Assembly: GCA_034189385.1 (NCBI GenBank) | Contig: JAXHVD010000001.1 | Span: 64,619 to 128,618 of the forward strand | Direction of reading: 5' to 3' | DNA length: 64,000 bases | Source of the DNA: Thermodesulfobacteriota bacterium | GTDB lineage: Bacteria; Desulfobacterota; Desulfobacteria; Desulfobacterales; C00003060 | Shown: positions 1 to 9,582 of the stretch, one piece after another | Layout of the letters: every line of letters begins with the position of its first letter | How positions within the stretch are numbered: the stretch's first letter is position 1 | Translations under genes and position numbers: made by a program | Notes under the pieces: model-generated | Databases searched by the model: none | Told to the model about the DNA's origin: nothing | The model's input: only the letters and a program-made list of their open reading frames with translations

Positions 1-2260
1 TCCTGGAAACCACTCTATAGCCCAGGCTTTCCAGCATCTGTTCTCCCACTTTCGCCAAGGCGTTCTCGTCGTCGACAAAGAGTATCCGCTCATTTCCCCT
101 GGGCAGCGGTTCAAGGCCTGAACGTTCGCCCGTCACCTCCGAATCAACACTCGGCAACCAGACACTGAACGTGGATCCCTTGCCAGCCTCGCTATCCACC
201 GTCACAGCCCCACCATGGGTTCTGACGATGCCATGGACTACTGCAAGACCCAAGCCTGAGCCTTCCCCTACTCCCTTGGTGGTGAAATAGGGATCGAAGA
301 TACGGTCTAGGAATTGAGGTTTTATACCGTAGCCTGTATCACTTACTGTCAACTTGACATAGTCTCCCGGCATGAGTTCCTGTTGCCCAGACACACCATC
401 CTCATCGAGCTTCGTGTTTTCTACAGTTACCTCCAGGATGCCCCCGTTTTCTGCCATGGCATGAGCCGCATTGCTACACAGGTTTATCAACACCTGGGTA
501 ATCTGGGTGGCATCTGCAAGGACGGTATGCGATTCAGCAGGGATGTTTGAGCGAATGTCGATGGTTCTTGGAATCGATGATCGCAGCAACTGCACCGTAT
601 CTTTTAAAATACGACCCATGTTGACTGGTCTCTGCTCCTGTTCTGTGTGGCGGCTAAAACCCAAAATCTGCTTCACCATGTCCCTTGCTCGCAAGCAGGC
701 CCTCTTCACCTCTTCTAGACTCTTCTGGGCCGGGTTTTGCTCAGGGATGTCGTCCATGGCCAATTCTGTATTGCCCACAATGATACTGAGGACATTGTTG
801 AAGTCATGGGCAATACCTCCAGCCAAGGTCCCAATGGCCTCCATCTTCTGGGCTCGTTGAAGGTGGGCCTGACATTCCTTGGTCCCGGTGATATCCGTAA
901 GGTTCACCACCATCCCTGACGGCCTTCCTGTCGACTCCCAGATGAGTGCAGCGCTTGCGAGGATATGCAGGCTAGCCCCTCCTTTGGTCAGTCTCTGTGT
1001 TTCAAAGGTAACTGGTTCACCAGATTCATAGATCTCCTTAATCTTTAGAGCAGTCATCTCCTTCTGATTGTCTGCGACAAAAGGGATAGTCTTGCCCCCT
1101 AATTCATCCAAAGACCATCCAAAAACCCGAGTAAAGGCAGGATTCAGGTATTCTGGGTGTCCTTGGGTGTCATATACCACTACAGGATCAGGGCTGGCCT
1201 CAAAAACGGCCCGCATTCTCTCCTCGCTTTTCCGCAATGCCTCCTCGACTTCCTTGCGCTCGGTGATGTCAGTGCAGACACCTATCCACCTGCAAGGACG
1301 TCCTGCCGCGTCTAACACTGGCAGAGCTCGATCGCTCCAGTATCTCCAAGACCCATTGTGGTGCCTAATCCTGTATTCATAAGAGATGGCTTCTGTTGAG
1401 GTCCTGTGGAGTTCCACGGCATCTTCCAGACCGGAAACGTCGTCAGGGTGGATGAGGCCTATCCATCCTTTTATGGTTTTTGGTATCTTGTTGGCGTCGT
1501 AGCCAAGGATGCCATCTATGTCGCCGAACCATTCCAGGCTATCATCTTGAGCATCCCATTCGTAGATCAAGTCATAGGCTACTTTCCCGGCAATTTTAAG
1601 ACGTTGCTGGCTCTGCCGAAGTGCCTTCACCGCCTGTTTTCTTTCAGTGATCTCTCTGGACACACTGCCGATCATCTGGTTGGTGACTTCCCTCAGGGAC
1701 TCTAACAATTCCACTTCTGAAATCCCAGATACCCGGGCAGTGAGATCACCCGACGAAACCCTGTGGAGTACGTCGAAGTGCTCAGCAAGACCGATGGCAA
1801 ATTCGTGAGACATATCCACGATTTCTCCAAGGTTCTGGGCAGTCAAGTTGACCATATGTTTCAGCTTGGCAATCAACTCCAGTTTCGAATCTTTAGAAAC
1901 CCTTACGGCAGGATCTCCTGAGGAAATCCTTTTCAAGGCCTCGAAAACCTCAGACAAGCCCATGGCCAGTTCCATGCTTGTGCTTTCGAGTTGCCTGTCT
2001 CGAAGATCACCCATCTTCCTGAATTCTGTGAATTGCCTGTGGACGACCTTGAGCGTTTCTTTCGCTGAATCAAGATCCATGTTCGCCCTGAGGACCTCAC
2101 AGTTGATACACATCTCTATCTTTTCTACACACCTTCCCTGGATCTCATTTCTACAATGGGTGCCTGAGATGAGCCAACACCTTGGGTCTTTTGATTTGTA
2201 AACTGGGCATGCCTCTTCATTACAATCAAAGAGAGCCCAGCAGTTCTTGTTTTTTTCCAT
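1..2260 (-). CDS. Hybrid sensor histidine kinase, 3' end outside the window. Domains: Cys-rich N-terminus, 2 HAMP-like units, 2 PAS-like segments, HisKA/HATPase, start of a receiver.
   Basis: Absent from the ORF track because there is no stop inside the window. My reverse-complement translation from the ATG at 2260 stays open to position 1. It begins MEKNKNCWALFDCNEEACPVYKSKDPRCWLISGTHCRNEIQGRCVEKIEMCINCEVL. Two SSGD(P/L)xxRVS HAMP-like units and two PAS-like segments follow. Kinase motifs: H-box GGIAHDFNNVL (His codon ~806-808), N-box NLCSNAAHAM, G1 DTGYGI, FDPYFTTK, G2 GSGLGL. ILFVDDENA (receiver start) runs off the edge. An in-frame stop at 2360-2362 with no alternative start codon between supports ATG 2260. 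Confidence 0.85.
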   Translation of the reverse strand, partial: MEKNKNCWALFDCNEEACPVYKSKDPRCWLISGTHCRNEIQGRCVEKIEMCINCEVLRANMDLDSAKETLKVVHRQFTEFRKMGDLRDRQLESTSMELAMGLSEVFEALKRISSGDPAVRVSKDSKLELIAKLKHMVNLTAQNLGEIVDMSHEFAIGLAEHFDVLHRVSSGDLTARVSGISEVELLESLREVTNQMIGSVSREITERKQAVKALRQSQQRLKIAGKVAYDLIYEWDAQDDSLEWFGDIDGILGYDANKIPKTIKGWIGLIHPDDVSGLEDAVELHRTSTEAISYEYRIRHHNGSWRYWSDRALPVLDAAGRPCRWIGVCTDITERKEVEEALRKSEERMRAVFEASPDPVVVYDTQGHPEYLNPAFTRVFGWSLDELGGKTIPFVADNQKEMTALKIKEIYESGEPVTFETQRLTKGGASLHILASAALIWESTGRPSGMVVNLTDITGTKECQAHLQRAQKMEAIGTLAGGIAHDFNNVLSIIVGNTELAMDDIPEQNPAQKSLEEVKRACLRARDMVKQILGFSRHTEQEQRPVNMGRILKDTVQLLRSSIPRTIDIRSNIPAESHTVLADATQITQVLINLCSNAAHAMAENGGILEVTVENTKLDEDGVSGQQELMPGDYVKLTVSDTGYGIKPQFLDRIFDPYFTTKGVGEGSGLGLAVVHGIVRTHGGAVTVDSEAGKGSTFSVWLPSVDSEVTGERSGLEPLPRGNERILFVDDENALAKVGEQMLESLGYRVVSR

Positions 2261-2730
2261 TTCTTTCGCGCTATCTCCGAGCCCCCTCTGCCCTTGCCGT
2301 CGTCCTTGATGGATATTGGACGCCCGTAAAAATTCAGTGGCCTTGGGTGCTATTTTCGATTATATGCCCTCTGGGGGTGTCTGTGCATCTGCGTCCTGTG
2401 GCATGCTTCAGAAGGCAGTATATGCCATGGCCTCAGGCATCGTCAAGCCGGCCGGCGGACAGGCCTTGCCCACTAAACCCTCGACTGTGGCCCCCCAGGC
2501 CGAGGATGAGCGTCAAAGGTGGCGCCTGACGGCTTGAAGACGGGCAGTTGGTTTCGCTCCGTGTCAGGATGTAGGGGGCCTCTCCCTAGAGCGTCAACAG
2601 GTTCATATACCAGTGAAAGGGGAGTCATAAGGGTTTCACAATAAGATGATTTTGGTGGAAGGGCAGATGGGGTTGAGGGGAGAGCCGGTGTGACATGTTG
2701 TAAGCCCGCAGCTTGCTGCTAGGGGCATCT

Positions 2731-3111
2731 TTACACCTTTATGTTCACCCGCGGTTTATTAAGAGGGAGATACCCCGGAGGGGTCTCCCGAAGGAGTCTG
2801 CCATCATTGCTGTAGACTCTGACCAGCAATTTCCCATTTTCCAGCCCAAAATCACGCTTTTCTCCTATAAATTCAGGTTGCTGCTGAGGAGCCATTCCTT
2901 CTTCGGGAGTCTTGTTTCTTGTTTCCTGGTCGTTGTGAGCGTTCTCTTCGTAGTCAGAAGAACGGCCTACAGCCTGTGGCCGGGGCGAGGCTTGCTCTGT
3001 TTGCCCCTGTGGGACGGTGCCTGCATGATGATGTGCCGTGTCCGCAGAGCGTTTGTTCGTAGCCTCGTTGCTGGTGGTGACGGAAGCTACCGTAGTGATA
3101 GGGTTCACCAT
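2731..3111 (-). CDS. Hypothetical small protein with a polar, disordered N-half and a weakly FlaG-like C-terminus
   Basis: 126-aa ORF. Strong SD (GGGGGAGAA) lies immediately upstream of the ATG at 3111. The C-terminal segment ENGKLLVRVYSNDGRLLRETPPGYLPL resembles the conserved FlaG core (xxVvkVxDxxTGEvIRqIPPE) by eye only. Confidence 0.5.
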   Translation of the reverse strand: MVNPITTVASVTTSNEATNKRSADTAHHHAGTVPQGQTEQASPRPQAVGRSSDYEENAHNDQETRNKTPEEGMAPQQQPEFIGEKRDFGLENGKLLVRVYSNDGRLLRETPPGYLPLNKPRVNIKV

Positions 3112-3503
3112 TTCTCCCCCCTTATCCAGTGAAAAATTTGTCCTGTTGAATGGTCACGCTATATCATACGTGCGTCTGGCCTTTCGTTTTTGCCCAAAGG
3201 GCGGGTCAGAGGTGGGACCTGACGAATACATCCAAGCATCCAGTGGCCATGAGAGTTCCACTTCGTTCCACCTCATATGGTAATCGTGGCCCAAGGCCAC
3301 CTGCAAGGGATGTGGTTCCTGTGCCCCCCATGGAGACCCAGAGGGGATGATCCCTCAATCCCCTTATCGGCATTTGTGGCAGAAGACTTTAGGAAAAAAA
3401 TGCAGACGGTCTGGCAAGGAGTCCCTTTTACATGTCAGCGGGCTAACATCTTGATTGCACGCATATCCGAGCTATGGTATGAGAGTATCGGGCCTTACGA
3501 TCC

Positions 3504-4226
3504 ATGACTTGGCACGAGAGACTAGAAGATTTTGGGGAAGAGATAGAGCCTGGAAGCAAATTTCACTTTGAATGCCACCCGGGTCTCAAGTGCTTTGGCA
3601 CCTGTTGTGCCACGGACGTAACCCTTACGCCCTTTGATATCGCTCGCATGCGACGCCATATGGGCATAGACACCCACCGGTTTCTCGCCGACTATTGCCA
3701 ACCCTTTGTAGAGGCCATCACAGGATTTCCCTCCGTGATTCTGAAACACGGCCAAGACGGAAGGTGTATTCTCTTGAACAGCCGTGGATGTAGCCTGTAC
3801 GAGAGCAGGCCGAGTTGTTGCAGGTACTATCCCCTGGCAAGGGTCATAGGAAATGATGGCGGCAGCAGGTCGGCCACCTATTACCTTCAGCGCCGTGTGG
3901 ACTATTGTAATGGGCTGGGCAGAGGCCCCAAGTGGACTACAGAGGCCTTCTGTGAACAAAACGGTCTTGGGCCTTACGAAAAGGCTAATGACATCTTCTT
4001 ACAGATCCCCTTTGCTTTTGACAAAATCCCTTTTAATCTCAGGCACGACAAAGAAGTGCAGACGATGGTCTATCGAGCCGTCTTTGACTTTGACCGATTC
4101 TTTGAAGAATACGCAAGATTCGGGCAAGCTGTTCCCAAGGCAGATGACCATGAAATGGTTGCCATGCTTACCAACATTGTTCTGAAGCTGCTCGAGAGGA
4201 CGGCCGAGCTGGCGTTTAAGCAATAG
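3504..4226 (+). CDS. YkgJ-family cysteine-cluster protein (UPF0153 / CxxCxxCC type)
   Basis: 240-aa ORF. It has ECHPGLKCFGTCCATDV near the N-terminus and a second Cys cluster, GRCILLNSRGCSLYESRPSCCRYYP. This pattern is typical of that family. Confidence 0.75.
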   Translation: MTWHERLEDFGEEIEPGSKFHFECHPGLKCFGTCCATDVTLTPFDIARMRRHMGIDTHRFLADYCQPFVEAITGFPSVILKHGQDGRCILLNSRGCSLYESRPSCCRYYPLARVIGNDGGSRSATYYLQRRVDYCNGLGRGPKWTTEAFCEQNGLGPYEKANDIFLQIPFAFDKIPFNLRHDKEVQTMVYRAVFDFDRFFEEYARFGQAVPKADDHEMVAMLTNIVLKLLERTAELAFKQ

Positions 4227-4445
4227 CTACCGATGGCCGATATCCTGTGACCAAGAGGAAAAAGACCCTCATGCTCAAGCCTATCCCTTTCTCACATCCA
4301 TCTTTACCGAGCACATGGGACGGGAGACCGTGGCAGGAATGATCAGCGGTGCCTTGGAACAGGGCGACATGTCTGCCGAGGAAGCCCCAAGAAGGGTCAC
4401 AGAATTTGTCGAGGTCTTTAGGAACGACAGGAGTTGGGGGGGAAC

Positions 4446-5183
4446 TCAGCGACTAACGTGCCCCACCAATTCGGGAAGGATCTCTCCAGCCCTTCCTTCA
4501 AAAGAGATGTCGAAAAGGGGGCTTTGGGGGGTCCTTGAGCGGTTCACTTCCACGACAAAGGCGCCGGCCTTTTTTGCCAGCAGACCAAGAGAGGCCGCCG
4601 GCTGGACCTTGCCTGATGTCCCCACGACCAGCATCACCTGAGCCTTCTCCACGCGATGGGAGATAGTGTGTAGTATATCCACGTCAAGGGCCTCTCCGAA
4701 CCATACCACATCCGGTCGAAGGAGCCCGCCACATGCCTTGCATTTAGGCAGAATCTGGATAGGAACGTCCCTGTTCTCGAAGCGTTTCTTGCATTGCAGG
4801 CACCTGACACGCCATAGGGTCCCGTGCATCTCGATAGGGTTTTTGCTACCAGCGGTCCTATGTAGGCCGTCCACGTTCTGGGTCACCAGGGTAAACGCTT
4901 CTATCGACTTTTCCAACTCGGCCAGGGCATAATGTCCCGGGTTTGGTGCCAATGGCTTGATGAGACTTCGCCGCCAGTCATACCACTGCCACACCGTCGT
5001 AGGGTCTCTTTGGAAGGCTTCAGGGGTGGCTAGGTCTTCGGCCCGGAAATTCTTCCAAAGGCCGTCAACCCCCCGAAAGGTAGGTACCCCGCTTTCTTGG
5101 GATATCCCAGCCCCGGTGAGGGCCAGAACGCTCGTGGAGGCCCTCAGCCTCTCTGCAACTTCAGCAAGGCCTTCAGCTTTCAT
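4446..5183 (-). CDS. cobB: NAD-dependent protein deacylase (Sir2/CobB family)
   Basis: Motifs GAGISQESGVPTFRG, TQNVDGLH, the zinc ribbon CxxC...CxxC (CLQCKK...CKACGG) and VVGTSG. Start trimmed to ATG 5183 (MKAEGLAEV), which has GGGAGG 4 nt upstream. The ORF track extends to 5258. Confidence 0.85.
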   Translation of the reverse strand: MKAEGLAEVAERLRASTSVLALTGAGISQESGVPTFRGVDGLWKNFRAEDLATPEAFQRDPTTVWQWYDWRRSLIKPLAPNPGHYALAELEKSIEAFTLVTQNVDGLHRTAGSKNPIEMHGTLWRVRCLQCKKRFENRDVPIQILPKCKACGGLLRPDVVWFGEALDVDILHTISHRVEKAQVMLVVGTSGKVQPAASLGLLAKKAGAFVVEVNRSRTPQSPLFDISFEGRAGEILPELVGHVSR

Positions 5184-5261
5184 GGGTCCTCCCGAAGAAT
5201 TTCTACGTGGAACGTAGGGGATTTCAATGGATCTAACGACGGGGAAAGGTTTAGTCAAGAA

Positions 5262-5456
5262 TTAGTCGTCAGGGCCCTGGTGTTTTTCGAGGATCTTCTG
5301 AATGGCGACGGCGCATTCAGCCTTGTTTTCACCAGGACATTCAATATCCAAGACTTGGTTCTCCAAATCGATCCGCTTCACCTTGGCTTTCCACTTTTCC
5401 GCTTCCTGTCTAACGAGCCTTATGATCGTGTCATCCTGCTTGGCTACAATCGGCAT
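5262..5456 (-). CDS. Hypothetical 64-aa protein
   Basis: ORF lying between the CoA-binding gene and cobB on the same strand, with short gaps of 51 and 78 nt. No family recognised. Confidence 0.4.
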   Translation of the reverse strand: MPIVAKQDDTIIRLVRQEAEKWKAKVKRIDLENQVLDIECPGENKAECAVAIQKILEKHQGPDD

Positions 5457-5507
5457 GGGTTGCTCTCCTCTGCATCATACCCTGGGTTGTCGGTTCACAG
5501 TGAGGTT

Positions 5508-5948
5508 CTACTTTGCCAGGTTTATATGTTCAATCTTCATGCACTTGTTCATGACGACTTGAAGGCCAGCCTCACGGGCCTTTTCTGCGGCCTGATTGTT
5601 GGCGATTCCCAATTGCATCCACACCACCTTGGCACCCATCTCTATGGCATCGTCCACGATGGGAGGGATGGCCTCAGGCCTTCTGAATATGTCCACAATA
5701 TCTATAGGGAAGGGTATGGCTTTTAAGTTAGGATAGGACTTTAAGCCCAGAATCTGCTTTTGGCCTGGATTCACAGGAATAATCTCGTAGTCCTCCTCTT
5801 TGAGGTAGCTCGCCACCTTGTGACTGTCTCTTTCTGGTTTAGGAGAAAGCCCGACGACGGCAATGGTCTTATACTCTTTAAGGATGGTCTGGACCTCTTC
5901 TGACGGGGGGTTGTATTCGGGCAACTCGCACTGTATGGTGGCCATCAT
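5508..5948 (-). CDS. CoA-binding domain protein (YccU/YneT-like)
   Basis: KTIAVVGLSPKPERDSHKVASYLKEEDYEIIPVNP, then a Rossmann-like remainder, 146 aa in total. This is the typical CoA_binding_2 layout. Confidence 0.8.
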   Translation of the reverse strand: MMATIQCELPEYNPPSEEVQTILKEYKTIAVVGLSPKPERDSHKVASYLKEEDYEIIPVNPGQKQILGLKSYPNLKAIPFPIDIVDIFRRPEAIPPIVDDAIEMGAKVVWMQLGIANNQAAEKAREAGLQVVMNKCMKIEHINLAK

Positions 5949-6063
5949 CCGCTTCCTTTTCCTTAGTTTTGTTCACCATATTAGACTAGGTCTTCAGGGT
6001 CAAGCTGCAAAGGAGCCTTTGGAAGCTTTCATCGGAGGTTCTGCATTTCAAGGAGCACAGACG

Positions 6064-6840
6064 ATGGGGATTCTCTCGTTCGTGAGAAAAGTGCGGCAAA
6101 TACAGAGGCAAAGGCCAACGATACCTAAAGCCTTTGAAAAGAATAGAGTGGTGAAGACCATATTGCATCGCAGAAGCGTCAGAAAATTCCAGAAGCACGA
6201 TGTCATGGATGAGGAAATGGCCCTTGTCCTGGAGGCTGGGAGGCTCGCGCCATCGACGGTGAATATGCAGACATGGTCTTTGGGGGTCTTTACGGAGAAG
6301 ACCTGGAAGGAGACTTTTGGTCGTTCTATCCCCTATGGGGCCAAGAGAGCTGTCATAGTCCTTGGCGACGTGACCAGGATCAAAGAGGCCACGGACATTT
6401 TTCCGGATACGCCTCTGGTCCAATACACGGTGAGCGCTATTAACGCCTCGCTGGCGGCCATGAACATGACGATGATGGCAGAAGCCCTTGGCATGGCCAG
6501 CGTCATGCTTTCTGACACGGGAAAGACAGGGTTCTTTAGTGCTGCCTACCTGAAAGAGACGTTGCAGCTTCCGCACGGGGTCTATCCTCTCATGACCGTG
6601 GTCTTTGGCTACCCCAGGGGGCAGCATCCTCCCATGCCCCCGAAGTTCAACTTGGAAGATGTTACCTTTGCCGGCACCTATCAACAAACGGATGGCCAGA
6701 AGATCATGGAGTGGTTTTCCCTCATGGAGGCAGGATACAAGGCGAGCAACCCCTTTTCTTCCTTTAAGGCAAAACTCAGGTACTACAGGGACCATCTGAG
6801 CCGAGCTGAAAAAGAGCTAGAGGACATGATCCTGGGGTGA
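6064..6840 (+). CDS. Nitroreductase-family protein
   Basis: ILHRRSVRKFQKHDVMDEEMALVLEAGRLAPSTVNMQTWS is the classic nitroreductase N-terminal motif. The ORF-track start at 5863 overlaps the divergent CoA-binding gene, so I trimmed it to ATG 6064 (MGILSF). Confidence 0.75.
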   Translation: MGILSFVRKVRQIQRQRPTIPKAFEKNRVVKTILHRRSVRKFQKHDVMDEEMALVLEAGRLAPSTVNMQTWSLGVFTEKTWKETFGRSIPYGAKRAVIVLGDVTRIKEATDIFPDTPLVQYTVSAINASLAAMNMTMMAEALGMASVMLSDTGKTGFFSAAYLKETLQLPHGVYPLMTVVFGYPRGQHPPMPPKFNLEDVTFAGTYQQTDGQKIMEWFSLMEAGYKASNPFSSFKAKLRYYRDHLSRAEKELEDMILG

Positions 6841-7003
6841 GGGGTTGAGGGCTAAGCATGTTTCCAATGCATAAATGAGGACCTTTTCCCATGAGCAAGG
6901 TCTCAAAAGGATTTTCGTCGAGGCGTACACATAGGACGTCGCAGGCCGAGGTCCGCGGAAAGACTGCCGATGAAGAAAAGGATCGTTGATGGAAGGAAAC
7001 TGG

Positions 7004-7873
7004 CTAAAGGGCCCGCAAATACTCTGGTTTTAGAGGAATACCGCCAGTCAGGGCCTCTTCTATCAGGCCGATGGTCCTTTCCTTGTCCCTGGGCAGCCTT
7101 GCCCTGATGGGAAGATAGTTGGAGGCGTGATTGGCATGGAACAGTCCTGAGGAAAGATCCGTATGAGCAATCATAGATTGCAGTTCCCTGAGCATTTCCA
7201 TAGGGCTGATGAGCTTGAAGCGGCCTTCTTTGAAATCCCGTCCCAAGGGGGTGTTGGGAAGGAGCATCAGGCTTAGGGCACCTATGTAATCAGGGTCCAT
7301 ATGGGTCAATGCTTGGCCTGTGGCTTCGGCGTGCAACTGAGAACGTTCAGGGCCTGCTAGGCCGAGGAGCACCGTCACGGACAACTTGATCCCCGCCTCA
7401 ATGACTTTTTGACCCATTTCCACCATGGTCTGAACTTTAACGCCCTTTCGAACGTTCAAAAGCGTGGTGTCATCACCGCTTTCAAGGCCCATGTAGACAA
7501 TCCCAAGGCCATGGTCTCGGAGGATCTGCAGGTCTTCCAGGGTCTTGGTGCGAATGCTTTTTGCATTTCCATATATCCCCACGCGAGTCACCCAAGGTAG
7601 AGACTGGCGAACGGCCTGTAACAGACCTAAGAGCCTGGCCTGAGGCAAGATCAGGGCATCGCCGTCGGTGAGGAAGACCCTTCGCTGTCGCTTGCAGTAA
7701 CGTGCTGCAAAGGCAATATCTTTGTTGATAACGGACTCTGGCTTGATCCTGAAGCGCACTCCCTTATAGGTTCCGCAGAACGTGCACTTGTTATGAGAAC
7801 ACCCCACCGTCACCTGAACGATGATGCTGTTTGCCTCACTGGGAGGTCTAATGATGATCCCTTGGTAGTCCAT
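7004..7873 (-). CDS. Radical SAM protein of unknown function
   Basis: IIRPPSEANSIIVQVTVGCSHNKCTFCGTYKG near the N-terminus, then GDALIL and a TIM-barrel-like remainder. The Cys spacing read directly is C-x4-C-x2-C. Confidence 0.8.
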   Translation of the reverse strand: MDYQGIIIRPPSEANSIIVQVTVGCSHNKCTFCGTYKGVRFRIKPESVINKDIAFAARYCKRQRRVFLTDGDALILPQARLLGLLQAVRQSLPWVTRVGIYGNAKSIRTKTLEDLQILRDHGLGIVYMGLESGDDTTLLNVRKGVKVQTMVEMGQKVIEAGIKLSVTVLLGLAGPERSQLHAEATGQALTHMDPDYIGALSLMLLPNTPLGRDFKEGRFKLISPMEMLRELQSMIAHTDLSSGLFHANHASNYLPIRARLPRDKERTIGLIEEALTGGIPLKPEYLRAL

Positions 7874-8043
7874 TTAACCCTTTTTGCCTTGACACTCTCA
7901 CAGCTTCTTTGTACTCCGGACAGAGCCCATATTCGCCTTCGTCAGGATACCCTGCAGGTGAGGACGGGGAGCTCCAGTATTGTTTTATTGCCACAGATAA
8001 TCAAGACTAAAATGGCGGCAGGCATGGTGGGGCAAGGAGATAG

Positions 8044-9441
8044 ATGATGATTGGCAAGGATGTGGCATATAGAATCGAAAAAGACACCATGGGCGAGGTG
8101 CGTGTCCCTCAAGAGGCCTACTATGGTGCCCAAACCCAGCGTGCTGTGGAGAACTTTCCCCTGAGCGGAAAGCGGTTCCCAAAGGTTTTTGTGCGGGCAC
8201 TTGGCCTGATCAAGAAACACGCGGCCGTGGTCAACCAAGACCTCGCACTCCTAGATGGGAGACTTGCCGTGCCGATCATAGAGGCTGCTGATGAAGTGGC
8301 TACGGGGAAGTTGGACGAACAGTTTGTGATAGACATTTTTCAAACGGGCTCAGGCACTTCGACCAACATGAACGCCAACGAGGTCATCGCCACAAGGGCC
8401 AATGAGATTCTTACCGGTCACAAAGACACCAGAGGCCCGGTCCATCCTAATGACCACGTGAATATGGGCCAATCGAGCAATGACGTTATCCCCAGTGCCA
8501 TTCACGTGGCCGCTGTGACCTCCATAGGCGACAGTCTTGTGCCGGCACTCAAGACCCTGCATGTGGCACTGGAGAACAAGGCCACGGCCTTTGACAGTAT
8601 TGTCAAGATTGGGCGGACCCACCTTCAAGATGCCGTTCCTATCAGGCTTGGTCAGGAGTTTTCTGGCTATGCACGGCAGATCCAGTTAGGCGTGGAAAGG
8701 GTCCAGTGGGTTGCGGGACACCTGGCGGAGTTGGCCCTCGGGGGCACGGCAGTTGGGACAGGCCTAAATACGCCCCTGGGATTTGCCTCTCGCGTGATCA
8801 AAAGGATTTCTGAGGAAACAGGATACCCCTTCCGGGAGGCCGACAATCATTTTGAGGCCCAAGCGGCCCAGGATAGCGTTGTTCAAGCCAGTGGTGCTCT
8901 CAAAACGGTAGCCGTAAGCCTAATGAAGATTGCAAATGACATCAGATGGCTCTCGTGTGGGCCGCGATGTGGCATTGGGGAAATCGACATCCCCCCTCTG
9001 CAGCCAGGCTCTTCCATCATGCCCGGAAAGGTGAACCCGGTGATCCCGGAAGCGGTGACACAGGTTGCTGCCCAGGTCATGGGCAATGATACGGCAATCA
9101 CCATAGGATGTCAGGCAGGCAATTTTGAGCTCAATGTGATGCTCCCTGTCATGGCATACAACTTGCAAAGTTCCATTTCACTACTTAGCGCAGCGGCAAG
9201 GATCTTTGCCGAGAAATGTGTAGATGGCATTTCCGCTAATGAAACAAGGTGTAAGGCCTTTATAGAAGAAAGCCTTGCCATGTGTACAGCCCTTGCACCA
9301 GTAATAGGATATGAGCAGGCGGCCGCCATCGCCAAGGAGGCCTATGCAACGGGCAAAAGGGTCAGAGAGGTGGCCATGGGGAGAAAGGTCATTCCTGAGG
9401 AAGAGCTGGAAAAACTCCTCGACCCCGCGAACATGACTTGA
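8044..9441 (+). CDS. fumC: Class II fumarate hydratase
   Basis: EKDTMGEVRVPQEAYYGAQTQRAVENF at the N-terminus, plus TGSGTSTNMNANEV and the lyase signature GSSIMPGKVNP. 465 aa. AAGGAG lies upstream of the ATG. Confidence 0.88.
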   Translation: MMIGKDVAYRIEKDTMGEVRVPQEAYYGAQTQRAVENFPLSGKRFPKVFVRALGLIKKHAAVVNQDLALLDGRLAVPIIEAADEVATGKLDEQFVIDIFQTGSGTSTNMNANEVIATRANEILTGHKDTRGPVHPNDHVNMGQSSNDVIPSAIHVAAVTSIGDSLVPALKTLHVALENKATAFDSIVKIGRTHLQDAVPIRLGQEFSGYARQIQLGVERVQWVAGHLAELALGGTAVGTGLNTPLGFASRVIKRISEETGYPFREADNHFEAQAAQDSVVQASGALKTVAVSLMKIANDIRWLSCGPRCGIGEIDIPPLQPGSSIMPGKVNPVIPEAVTQVAAQVMGNDTAITIGCQAGNFELNVMLPVMAYNLQSSISLLSAAARIFAEKCVDGISANETRCKAFIEESLAMCTALAPVIGYEQAAAIAKEAYATGKRVREVAMGRKVIPEEELEKLLDPANMT

Positions 9442-9582
9442 GGGTTCGGCTACTTTGTCAAATGCATGGATATAATAAATGTTTGGTCCGTTCTGTCGGT
9501 CTATACGAGTGTGCGGGAGAGAGCTTAGTGTTGTGAGTGTTATCTTCTAAAGAAGGACGAGTCTCGGAAGGAGGTTGGAGCT

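Noticed and set aside
314-2201. Six plus-strand ORFs of 60-129 aa (314-550, 471-860, 737-919, 1068-1382, 1406-1705, 1848-2201)
   Set aside because: All are antisense to a continuous minus-strand reading frame that carries complete histidine-kinase motifs. They are fragmented and have odd composition.
3277-3507. 76-aa ORF whose TGA overlaps the ykgJ-like ATG (ATGA)
   Set aside because: The overlap suggests coupling, but a plausible promoter for ykgJ (TTGATT-N16-TATGGT, ~3451-3478) lies inside it. It also has no SD or recognisable family. Left uncalled.
5986-6795. 269-aa minus-strand ORF
   Set aside because: Antisense to the nitroreductase gene, which has clear family motifs. R/H/G-rich composition is typical of a shadow ORF.
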